DNA from: an uncultured Gemmataceae bacterium
GTDB taxonomy: Bacteria; Planctomycetota; Planctomycetia; Gemmatales; Gemmataceae
Assembly (NCBI GenBank): GCA_963750165.1
Contig: CAVVPN010000012.1
Coordinates: forward strand, 1,056,001 to 1,120,000
DNA length: 64,000 bases
Reading direction: 5' to 3'
Of this stretch, positions 43,474 to 52,799 are shown piece after piece (position 1 is the stretch's first letter; each line of letters opens with the position of its first letter). The position numbers were made by a program, and so were the translations under genes. A model generated the notes under the pieces. It was given only the letters and a program-made list of their open reading frames with translations, made no database searches and was not told where the DNA came from.

Positions 43474-44061
43474 ATGACACAGCCGCCAGAGCCTCTCCCC
43501 GATCCACAGCCCACGGCCCGCGACCTTCAAAACGCCCGCAGCCGTCAGGTAATCGCCGAGCGTCAGCAGCAGGAATATGATCGCGTGGTGCTCTGGGCGA
43601 TGGGGAAGTTCGGGGCCGGCTGGCTCCCGAGCGGGCGGCACTTTTTGTTGGATCACGAAGAAGAAGTCCGTTGCCGCCGGACGGGTGAACGTCCCGTTGC
43701 CGCCGCCACGGTATTCACGGTCAGGAACGGCGAAGGCCAGAAACGGCATTTTACAGTGAAGGACGGCCAGGTGACGGAATGCTCCGGCTATGAAGAGGGC
43801 TTCGGGCCGATGCTGCTGGAACGCCACCCAACGATGACCATCGAGGTCCGTGGGGAGAAAGTTCACCCGCACCGCTACTCGTTGTGTTGGGCGCCGATTG
43901 AAACGTACCAGCCGAGATCCGCCGAGCAACTCGCCGCGGCGAGGAGCACGCGGGAACGGAACAAGGCCGCGCGAGAGCAGCAAAAGTACGAACGGGAATA
44001 CCCCCTCTTTGCCGAGATTGAGCGGCAGGAAGAGGCAGAGCGGTCATCCGTCACCCGGTAG
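43474..44061 (+). CDS. Hypothetical protein (plasmid/ICE-like context)
   Basis: 195-aa ORF with natural composition; C-terminal RSAEQLAAAR...YPLFAE. Confidence 0.65.
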   Translation: MTQPPEPLPDPQPTARDLQNARSRQVIAERQQQEYDRVVLWAMGKFGAGWLPSGRHFLLDHEEEVRCRRTGERPVAAATVFTVRNGEGQKRHFTVKDGQVTECSGYEEGFGPMLLERHPTMTIEVRGEKVHPHRYSLCWAPIETYQPRSAEQLAAARSTRERNKAAREQQKYEREYPLFAEIERQEEAERSSVTR

Positions 44062-44204
44062 GACGGCATCATCGTGGCCAGTCTGCGAAGCGCAATCAGG
44101 CAGATCAGCGTCTGGCTAAAAACCTGGCAGAGGGTCTGTAGCTGGATAATGTCGATCCGCCGGTCGCCGCGCTCAACCCCGCTTACAAACGACTGTGACA
44201 GCCC

Positions 44205-45176
44205 CTAGAACAACTCCTCGACCGCCCTCTCCTTCTGCTCGTCCGAAGGCTTGACGTAACGCCAGATGTAATTGCTGCTGCTGTGGCCGGACAGCTCCAT
44301 CGCGAACTGAACGCCCTTCTTCTCCGCCGCCCGCCGGAGCATCGTGTGCCGCAGCACGTGGGCGGACAGGTGGATCTTCTGGTCCGCCGGAAGATGTGCG
44401 TTGGCCTGGTTGGCCAGCGCCTTCAGGGCATCGTCCACGTTGGAGCGGCGCAGCCGTTTGCCCGACCGCGACAGAAAGAGCGGCCCGGCTTCCTTGCCCC
44501 TCGTCTCGTCGATGTAACGGTCGAGTGCCTCCCTGGCTTCACCAGCCAGGAACACTTTGGCGGACACCTTCCTGCCTTTCCTCCTGACATCCACAAAATG
44601 CTTGCCCCGGTACTGGGCCAGGTCGAGGCCCAGCAGTTCCGACACGCGCAACCCCGTCTAGAGGAGGAGCAGGAACACCGCGTAATCCCGAAGCGCGTGC
44701 TGGTTCTTGGCCGTCTTCAGGCAGAGCAGTTGCTCGGCCGCTGAGCGGAGCCGGGTGACCTCCAGGTCGGAAAGGCCCTTCCAGGAGGGCTCGTCAATTT
44801 GCACGTCGGCGATACGGTCGGTCGGGTTGCCGGCAAGGAACGGCCGCTGACGGTGAACCCAGGTGGCCGCGTGGCGCAGAGTGGCGAGCGCCCGGTTGAC
44901 GGTGGTGGGCTTCTTTTCCGCGCGGTCAAGGGCCTTGAGGTAGCCGGCGGTGAGCGACCGGGTCCACTGGTCGGGGTGGTCGCTTCCCGACGTTTGGGTG
45001 AAGTACCCGAGGAAGGCTTCGAGGTCGCGTTGCTTCGCCCGGAACGTGTTCGGCGAGCCGGCGGCCGCTTCGACGGTCATGTACACCTCCAGCCAGGCGG
45101 TGAGGCTGTGACGCCGGTCGTGCGGCAGCAGCGAACTGGTCAGGGCGGGAACGGTCGTCAAGGCGCCGCGGCTCAT
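44205..45176 (-). pseudogene. Tyrosine recombinase (Xer-like) with an in-frame TAG at 44658-44660
   Basis: SAM-like N-domain (SPNTFRAKQRDL, KPTTVNRALATLR), RDYAVFLLLL*TGLRVSEL, KG, HVLRHT, SGHSS...RY catalytic residues. Confidence 0.9.
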
Positions 45177-45565
45177 CCGGGCTTCCTTATCAGATGAACT
45201 TTGATGCCGAGATCCACCTTGGTCCAGTCCTGATCGGCAGTGAGTACCGCCGTGCTGGCCAGCGCGGCCGTCGCCAGGCAGGCACGGTCGGCGAAGGAGA
45301 AATCGTGGGGGCGGGTTGCAGGCCGGAAAGAGGCGGCAGCCAGCGCGCGCGCCTCATCGAACGGCACGATGGTCAGGCGGAGGCCGTTCAGTGCGTGCTT
45401 GATCGTTTCAAACGGCACATTCCGGTCGAGTGATTTGGCAATGGCCTCGGAGAAAGAGACGGCGGACACCAACCCAGCCTGCCCACGGGCCTGGACCGTG
45501 TCGGCCCCCTTCTCGGCGAACAGGAGCGCGAGCAACGCCGACGTGTCCAGAACGAGTTTACTCAC
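45173..45565 (-). CDS. vapC: Type II TA toxin, VapC/PIN domain
   Basis: VLDTSALLA, SAVSFSE, SFADRACLATA, VLTAD. Confidence 0.92.
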   Translation of the reverse strand: MSKLVLDTSALLALLFAEKGADTVQARGQAGLVSAVSFSEAIAKSLDRNVPFETIKHALNGLRLTIVPFDEARALAAASFRPATRPHDFSFADRACLATAALASTAVLTADQDWTKVDLGIKVHLIRKPG

Positions 45566-45848
45566 CGGCCGGCCATTTGCGTGATTCCTTCTGAGCCTCT
45601 TTACGCCGCTCCTGGATCAACTCATCCACGACGCTGACCCCCGGAACGCGGTAAGGAGCGAAGGCTTCCTGAGCCGCCCGCACGGCCTGGGCGAAGGTTT
45701 GCAAGTGGATACCCTGGGCATCGGCCGAGATGATGAGGTCGGAGCCTGGCTCGATTCCAAGCTTCTGGCGAAGGTTGGCCGGGACCATGACGCGGCCAGC
45801 GGGATCGACACGGACACGGAGGTATTCTGGTTCCTGGTGAGTGGGCAT
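45558..45848 (-). CDS. vapB: AbrB/MazE/SpoVT family antitoxin
   Basis: VDPAGRVMVPANLRQKLGIEPG...SVVDELIQERRKEA; overlaps the vapC start. Confidence 0.9.
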   Translation of the reverse strand: MPTHQEPEYLRVRVDPAGRVMVPANLRQKLGIEPGSDLIISADAQGIHLQTFAQAVRAAQEAFAPYRVPGVSVVDELIQERRKEAQKESRKWPAGE

Positions 45849-45878
45849 GACGACTCAAACACTCTGTGTAATGGCTTA

Positions 45879-45914
45879 TCTGGCAATCTTGCCAGAATCC
45901 GAACAAGCTGTCAA
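45879..45914 (-). promoter_or_regulatory. Sigma70-type promoter of the vapBC operon with a palindromic operator
   Basis: TTGACA (45914-45909)-N17-CAAGAT (45891-45886), with the -10 overlapped by TCTGGCAA-N2-TTGCCAGA (45879-45896). Confidence 0.7.
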
Positions 45915-45986
45915 CGATCAGAGAATTGGGACTCAGAAGTGACCTGGCAGCCGGAGCGATTCCACCCGATTCACCCCGGATTCATC

Positions 45987-46087
45987 TTATGTCCTGCAAG
46001 ATTTTCGGTTTTGGTGAATTGACTTCCTGACACTTCCTTAAACTGGAATCATGGTTGCAGGACGTAAGGTACATTATGACCTGCAAC
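45987..46087. other. dif-like tyrosine recombinase core site plus an accessory direct repeat
   Basis: GTTGCAGGACGTAA-GGTACA-TTATGACCTGCAAC (46054-46087; 12/14 inverted, 6-bp spacer) and TTATGTCCTGCAA (45987-45999). Confidence 0.7.
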
Positions 46088-46277
46088 TGAGAGATCACAC
46101 ATGGAGACGGCAGCGCAATTGAACCACTAACAGAAATAAGAGATCAACAGAGGTTGTTACTCGTTTATAGCAAGATTTCTTGTAAACATGATTACTTGGC
46201 AACTTGCTTGCAAACATTTGGAGATAAGCGTCAGGGAAATGGCAAAGCACCCGTGGTTGACCGACCTTCCTGCCTTG

Positions 46278-47525
46278 TGAACCTCCCCACGAATGGTGGA
46301 CACCCAGTTAAGAGTGTAAACTCTCCTGAGGAGGTCCATCATGGCCAGAACCCGACGTACCTACACCCCGGAGTTCAAGCTCGAGGCCGTCAAGCTCGTC
46401 ACTGAGCAGGGCTACTCCGTCGCCGAGGCCGCACGCTCCCTCGGCATCCACGAGACCCTGCTCCGCTCCTGGAAGCAGGCGCTGGAGGCCAAGGGCGGCC
46501 AGGCCTTCCCCGGCCAGGGCAAGCTCTCCCCCTTCGAGGAAGAGAACCGCCGCCTCCGGGCCGAGAACCAGCGGCTCCTGGCGGAGCGCGACATCCTAAA
46601 AAAAGCGACGGCGTTCTTCGCCAGGGAGGCGACATGACCTTCCGCTTCATCGAGGAACACCGCGGCCAGTGGCCCGTGCGCCTGCTCTGCGAAACCCTGG
46701 AGGTCTCGACCGCCGGCTACTACGCCTGGCGCGACCGCCCCGCCAGCGACCGCGCCCGGCGCCGCGACACCCTCCTCGTGGAAATCCGCGCCATCCACGC
46801 CGAGGTCAAGGCCCGCTACGGCAGCCCGCGCATCCACGCCGAGCTGGTCGCCCGGGGCCAGGACTGCTGCGTCAACACCGTGGCCCGGCTCATGCACGAC
46901 CACGACCTCCGGGCCAAGACGGCCCGCAAGTTCCGCTGCACGACCGACTCCAACCACGACCTGCCCGTGGCCGCGAACCTCCTGGATCGGCAGTTCAACC
47001 CCGCCGCGGCCAACGAGGCGTGGGTGGCGGACATCACCTACATCCCGACCCGGGAGGGTTGGCTGTACCTGGCTGTCGTCGAGGACCTGTACTCGCGGCG
47101 GGTGGTGGGCTGGTCGATGGCCGACCACCTGGAGAGCCGGCTGGTCGTCGATGCCCTGGAGCTGGCGGTGCAGCGCCGGCTGCCGGGGGAGGGGTTGCTG
47201 GCCCACTCCGACCGGGGCAGCCAGTACGCCAGCGACCACTACCAACGCCTCCTGGGCAAGCACGGCATCACCTGCAGCATGAGCCGCCGGGCCGACTGCT
47301 GGGACAATGCCCCGATGGAGAGCTTCTTCGCCTCCTTGAAGAAGGAACTGGTGCACGACGCCGACTTCGCCACCCGGGCGGAGGCGCGGGCGGCGCTCGT
47401 CGAGTACATCGAGGTCTTCTACAACAGCCAGCGCCGGCACTCGTCGCTGGGGTACGTGTCCCCGGCCGAGTATGAACAGTCCGAATAACCGTTAACCCCG
47501 TGTCCACTTTTCGTGGGGAACTCCA
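46278..47525 (+). mobile_element. IS3 family insertion sequence (1248 bp)
   Basis: IRs TGAACCTCCCCACGAATGGTGGACAC / GTGTCCACTTTTCGTGGGGAACTCCA; no target duplication (TTG / CAG). Confidence 0.95.
46341..47488 (+). CDS. IS3 transposase OrfA (46341-46637) and OrfB (46634-47488), -1 frameshift
   Basis: HTH OrfA; WVADITY, HSDRGSQY, DNAPMESFF; A7G slippery site at 46598-46605. Confidence 0.95.
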
Positions 47526-49961
47526 CAGACGGTGCGTGTCACCTTCTCGAAGGCGATTGACACAACAACAGTTACTGCCACCAACTTTGAACTCCTCGAC
47601 GCGAATAACAACGTCGTCGCAGCAAGCAACATTCAGGTGCAAGACAGCGACCGCCTCGTGCAACTGACGTTCCCGTTGCTGCTAGCCGGAAGTTACCAAC
47701 TCGTGATTAACGGGGCGGCGGTCACCGACCGTGTTGGACATCCGCTCAGCACGGGCAACGTCACCGACTCCTTTACCCTGACGCCGCGCGAGACGCTGAC
47801 GGTCAGCAACCCCGACGCCGACACCACCACGCCGGGCTTACAGTTGTACGAGGGCGTGACGGTTCAGGGCAGCGTCACGGTGGTCACGGGCGTGTCCGTC
47901 CAGGAAGTGGATGTTCTCCTCAACGGCCAGGTGATCGCCACCGGCACGACATCGCCGCTCAACTACTCGTTCATCGCGCCGCTGCTCAGTGCGGGGGCCA
48001 GCAGTTTCACGCTCCAGGCGCGTGTCATTGACAACAGCGGGGTCACCACTATGTCCGGCGTGCTCACCGTCGGGCTGCTGAGAGACTTGACGCCGCCCAC
48101 GATCGTCAGCACTTCCCCCGCGAACGGCGGAACGGCCAATCAAGGACTGCAAACGATGACGATCAACTTCAGCGAGCCACTCGCCACGGCGAGCGGTGCG
48201 GCGGCAAACTTCCAGCTTGCCAAGGCAGACTCAAACGGCCTCTTCGGCAGCGGGCACGAAACGCTCGTGACGATCACGAACATCCAAATCCTGAGCGACA
48301 GCACGCAGGTGGTGTTGACGATGGCCGGGCTGGCGGTGGGAACCTACCAGCTGCGGCTCAACGAAGCCAGCATCACCGACCGGGCGGGTAACCCGCTCGG
48401 CACTGGGACGTTCGCCAGCAACTTCTCGGTTGTGGCGCGAGTGCTTCAAAATGGAAGTTTCGAGACGGGTGACTACACAGGTTGGACCCTACTCGAAAGT
48501 CCATCGCTACCAACCTATGGGACGTGGGGGATCGCATCGAACGGTCAAGTCATCACCTATGGCGAATCCACGTTTGATTACTTCGATCGCATTTTTGTCA
48601 CGCAAACTTCACCCGGCCTACCCAGAACTTACCATGCGACGGATGGAAACTTCCTTGCCTACCAACTGCAGAACGGCTCGCAACTTCACCGGATGTACCA
48701 GGATGTCACCCTGCCCGCTAATGCCACGACTCTGACGTGGGATATGCTGTACCAGAACTTTTACGGAATTTTCGACCCAAATTCCCAGTTCCTCACCGTG
48801 GACGTTCGTGACCTCTCCGACAACATTCGGAAGACTTTGTTCGTCACCACTCAAGGTGTCAACTCGCAAAGCATTCCAATGACGAGTTTTACGGGGGACA
48901 TTTCCGCATTCGCGGGGACTACGGTTCGGATCGACATCGAGATGAACGTGCAGGACTTCTACTTCGATGCCGCCTTCGATAATTTCGTGGTTCATACCGG
49001 CCAACCTCAGTTTCTCTCGGGAAACCCGAAACAGCCCAGTTCGGATACGCCCAACCTGACCCAAGCCCAGTTGCAACCGATCATCGCCACAGCCATCGCG
49101 GACTTGGCGGCCGCGGGCTACAATGTCAAGAGTTTGAGCCATGTGGTTTTTCAGTTGACCAACTTGCCGAATTCTCTCCTGGGCTTGACTTACCAGAACA
49201 CGATCTGGATCGACCAGAGCGCCCAGGGCTACGGCTGGTACACCGACGTCTCCGCTGCTTCCCAGGCGGCCTTCACGAAGCCCACCGGCCCCAACGAGAT
49301 GCAGGCTCTGCCGGGCAGCCCGGCGTACGGCCACGTCGATCTGCTCACCGTGGTCACGCACGAACTGGGGCACGTGCTCGGCTACGCCAGCATCGACGCG
49401 AGCATCCTGGACCACGACTGGATGACCGCCACCCTCGGGACCGGCGTGCGGCGTGCCCCTGACCTGGCCGCGCCGTCGGCACCGCCCATCACCTCCACAG
49501 CGGACGTGGTTCCGACAAATGCCGGTGGGGACATCCAACCCGTTCCCACGGGGGCCGCGTTGCCGGTGCCGCCAGCTCTCCCGGATGCGCCCGAACAACT
49601 CGCTCAGCAGGCCCCGCTCCCGGGGTCGAGTCCATCAAAGATCGCCCCGGCAACGCCTCCTGCATCGCTCGCTACGGTCGCCGGTGGCTTGACCGCAGTT
49701 GTTCCCGATGCCTTCGTCAGCACCTTCCTCGAAGAACAACGGCCGATCCTCAATCCGGGCGGCGGTCCTGTTCTGGCCGCCGCTTCCCCTGCGACGGGCC
49801 AGGCCGTGACCTTGCTGAACCCGGCCGCCCTGAAACCACAGCAGATCGACTGGCGGGACACCCCGGTCGGTGTCGAAAGAGAACGGCGACCCTCAGATCC
49901 CGATCCCGCATCCCTGGATCAGGTTTTCTCCACGGGGGAATGGCTCATCGAAGTGGTTTAA
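47526..49961 (+). pseudogene. 5'-truncated large surface protein: Ig-like (Big_5) domains, carbohydrate-binding-like domain, zinc metalloprotease motif
   Basis: Reading frame opens exactly at the IS3 end (QTVRVTFSKAID); DLTPPTIVSTSPANG, NGSFETG, DLLTVVTHELGHVLG; no signal peptide. Confidence 0.75.
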
Positions 49962-50607
49962 CCACGGAATGGCGAGCGGGCCAACGCTGCTGACCCGCTC
50001 GCCTCAACCCATTATTCTCGTCCCCGTGGTCATGCTTGTCGAGGTGGTCGCGGATACTAGCAGGGCTGTTTTCTGTTTCACACTGGGCAAATGGAGTAGG
50101 CGACTTCTTGTCGTAAGTCCTGAATCGTTGGTGCGTCGCCTTACCCAGCTTGAAACAACGAACGGCCCTGCGGATACTAGCCAGCTTGACTCCGGTAGCA
50201 TTGCGTGCTCCGGTCATGTGGATCGAGGAGACTCAGATTCCGCAACTTGACAGGGGCAGGAAAAGGCAGGAAACTCCGTGAAAAATGGACACTCTAGCAC
50301 CATGGGTGACCGAATTGGCGTCCGAGCCGGATAAGTCATGTGCTGACAAGCACTTTCGACTGCAACTACTGCGATAGCGAACCATCCGATCAATGTTGCT
50401 GAACGGGGCGCACGAGACCGCTGATGCAAATGACAACAACGAAGGGCTTTACGGCGCCGCCGACCGCATTTTGCTCACCTCTGGTGCTAGAGTGTCGAAA
50501 AATGTGTGATTTGGACTTGCGCCAGGGCCAACTTCCTGTAAAATATGAGAAGTGTGTGATTTGTAAGCCGTGAAATGCCTTGCTCTTGCGATTTCCAGTC
50601 CTGCTAC

Positions 50608-50657
50608 CGCCTGAATGGGGCTCAGGAGGTCGGAGGTTCGAATCCTCTCGGCCCGAC
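50608..50657 (+). tRNA. 3' fragment of tRNA-Pro(GGG); probable integration (att) site, not a complete tRNA
   Basis: Anticodon arm CCTGA-ATGGGGC-TCAGG, T arm GGAGG-TTCGAAT-CCTCT, acceptor 3' strand CGGCCCG-A; no complementary 5' acceptor strand or D arm upstream. Confidence 0.85.
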
Positions 50658-50662
50658 CTTGC

Positions 50663-50702
50663 AAGCCTCGCTGTAACAACGAGTTACAGCGAGGCTTTTT
50701 AT
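50663..50702 (+). terminator. Intrinsic terminator after the tRNA fragment
   Basis: AAGCCTCGCTGTAAC-aacga-GTTACAGCGAGGCTT-TTT. Confidence 0.8.
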
Positions 50703-51026
50703 GGAAACGTCGGCCTGCCTGGCGGAGGGCAGGGAATGCTTTTCCAGGACGCTCGGTGCGTACGCTGGAATGTCCCGCGGCTGTTGCCTCAGCCTCGGGC
50801 GTCAAGTGGACCTTCTGACTCACCCTCTGTTTTCCGCGAACAGAGTCAGGAGCTGCACTTTCCGAGAAAAGCTAACACGGAAGGCGAAAACCCTGAAAAA
50901 CACTGGGATTCTGAAAAACGGGAGGCCAGGCATCAACAGTCGTTGATGGGTTGTAAGTGACTGACCACAAACAGGTTGCCGCCGCTTGTTAGGTTTTCTT
51001 GGAAAGTGCAGTCAGGAGGTCAGCCC

Positions 51027-51107
51027 GTGCGTACTCCCACCAAGCCCTGGTATCGCGCGTCGAAGGACGCTTGGTACGTCGAGTTTAACGGCAAGACGGA
51101 CCGACTC
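51027..51107 (+). pseudogene. N-terminal stub of a phage-type integrase
   Basis: AGGAGGT RBS then VRTPTKPWYRASKDAWYVEFNGK, resembling arm-binding N-termini; degenerates after ~27 codons. Confidence 0.5.
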
Positions 51108-51267
51108 CAGGGAAGCCATGATTCAACTGAGTATGGTGAATCTCATGCTCAATCGCCTAATGTAACTCAACCGATTAAATTACTATCAAGAGTCCTCAAA
51201 TATTTTAAAAAAGCCCGAAAAATCCAGGAAAACTTTCCGGATGGTTTCTTACACTGGGGGGGATGCG

Positions 51268-52728
51268 ATGCTCAGAATTCTTGGTTCCAGCAAGCGGCTC
51301 TGCGACGGCTTGACGCGCCGGGAGCTCCTGCAAGCCGGTTCCAGCGGCCTGCTGGGATTGAGTCTGGTGGACCTGGCCGGCACACCGGCCGAGGCAAAAG
51401 TGAACAGGCCGCACCACCAGGGCCGGGCGAAAAATGTCATTCTGCTGTACCTTTACGGCGCCATGAGTCAGCTCGACACGCTCGATCCCAAGCCGGACGC
51501 GCCGGCGGAAATCCGCGGCCCATTTCAATCCATTGCGACTTCGATTCCCGGCGTGCGGATCGGCTCGCCTCTGCCACACCTCGCGAGCCGGCTGCACCGC
51601 GTGACCGTGGTTCGGTCCATGACGCACTCGCTGCCGATCCACAATGTCGCCAATGCCGTGACCGGCATTCGTCAAACCGACATCCCGATGGAGCTGAACC
51701 AGCGCGACCCGCGCCACTGGCCCTTTTTTGGCTCGGTGCTCGACCATCTGGAAACGACCCGGGATCGGGCTGCCCCCGCGCTGATTCCGCGCAACGTCAT
51801 TGTGCCCTGGCGGCAGAGCACCAACGCGCCGGAGAAACGCGCCGGGTTCTTCGGCGGTTTTCTCGGCCCGCGCTTTGACCCGACCCCGATCGAGTTCCAG
51901 GGACGCGGCACGTTGCCGACCTCGCTCCAGCCGAATAACCCCTATTGCGCCATCAGCCTGGGTTCTCCCTACAATTTCCCGGCAACTTCGCTGACTCCCG
52001 AAATCACTTTGGATCGCTTCCGCGGACGCCGCAGCCTGCTCGATCAGCTGAGCGATCAGCAACGGCACCTGTCGCGGTCATCCGGCATCCGCGGCTACGA
52101 CGAGTTGCAGCAGATCGCGTTGGGCCTGTGCGACTCCCAGACGTTGCCGGGCGCCCTGCGTCTGGATCGGGAACCCGTCGCCCTGCGCGAACGGTACGGG
52201 CGGCACCTGTTCGGCCAGTCCGCGCTGCTCGCGCGGCGGCTGATCGAGGCGGGTTCGCGCATTGTCACGGTCCTGTGGGATGAATTCGCCGAGAACAATT
52301 CCGCCTGGGATACCCACAACCACCTGACCCGTCGGCTCGGCAGGGAATTGTGTCCCGGCCTCGACCAGACGTTTGCCGCCTTGCTCGACGACCTCGACCA
52401 GCGCGGTCTGCTGGACGAGACTCTCGTGCTGTGCCTCACCGAACACGGTCGGACGCCGCGTCCGGAGGGGACCGATGGCCGGAATCACTGGTCGGGGACG
52501 TACAGTATTCTCCTGGCCGGCGCGGGAGTGAAGCAAGGCAACGTCGTCGGCGCCAGCGACCGGCAAGGCGCCTTCGTCCAGAATCGCCCCATCAATCCCA
52601 AGGACATCTTGCGCACGGTCTATCACCTCCTGGGCGTGGACGCGGACCGGACGATCTCCGATCGCCAGAATCGCCCCCTGCCGCTCGTGGACGGCGGACA
52701 GATTGTTCCGGAAATTCTTGAGGGTTGA
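51268..52728 (+). CDS. DUF1501 domain protein
   Basis: LTRRELLQAG, GAMSQLDTLDPKP, LLARRLIEAG, WDTH, EHGRTP, GRNHW. Confidence 0.93.
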   Translation: MLRILGSSKRLCDGLTRRELLQAGSSGLLGLSLVDLAGTPAEAKVNRPHHQGRAKNVILLYLYGAMSQLDTLDPKPDAPAEIRGPFQSIATSIPGVRIGSPLPHLASRLHRVTVVRSMTHSLPIHNVANAVTGIRQTDIPMELNQRDPRHWPFFGSVLDHLETTRDRAAPALIPRNVIVPWRQSTNAPEKRAGFFGGFLGPRFDPTPIEFQGRGTLPTSLQPNNPYCAISLGSPYNFPATSLTPEITLDRFRGRRSLLDQLSDQQRHLSRSSGIRGYDELQQIALGLCDSQTLPGALRLDREPVALRERYGRHLFGQSALLARRLIEAGSRIVTVLWDEFAENNSAWDTHNHLTRRLGRELCPGLDQTFAALLDDLDQRGLLDETLVLCLTEHGRTPRPEGTDGRNHWSGTYSILLAGAGVKQGNVVGASDRQGAFVQNRPINPKDILRTVYHLLGVDADRTISDRQNRPLPLVDGGQIVPEILEG

Positions 52729-52799
52729 GCTCCTTGACGAATTGAACCGCGTGTCTCACCGCAACGCGAATAGCCTCACCGAGCAGGGGACCTCCTACC

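Noticed and set aside
44658..44660. Pyrrolysine or stop-codon reassignment at the in-frame TAG
   Set aside because: TAG ends other genes in the window and no pyl genes are present; a nonsense mutation or error is simpler.
44205..45176. Recombinase as the integron integrase for the attC cluster
   Set aside because: No IntI-specific insertion evident before HxxR; it is in a TA operon, has its own dif-like site, and is separated from the attC sites by IS rearrangements.
50050..50181. 12-bp direct repeat GCGGATACTAGC spaced 120 bp apart
   Set aside because: Only two copies with no further structure; may be chance or an unassignable binding site.
50580..50657. Complete tRNA-Pro gene
   Set aside because: The upstream sequence cannot form the 5' acceptor strand (CGGGCCG) or a D arm.
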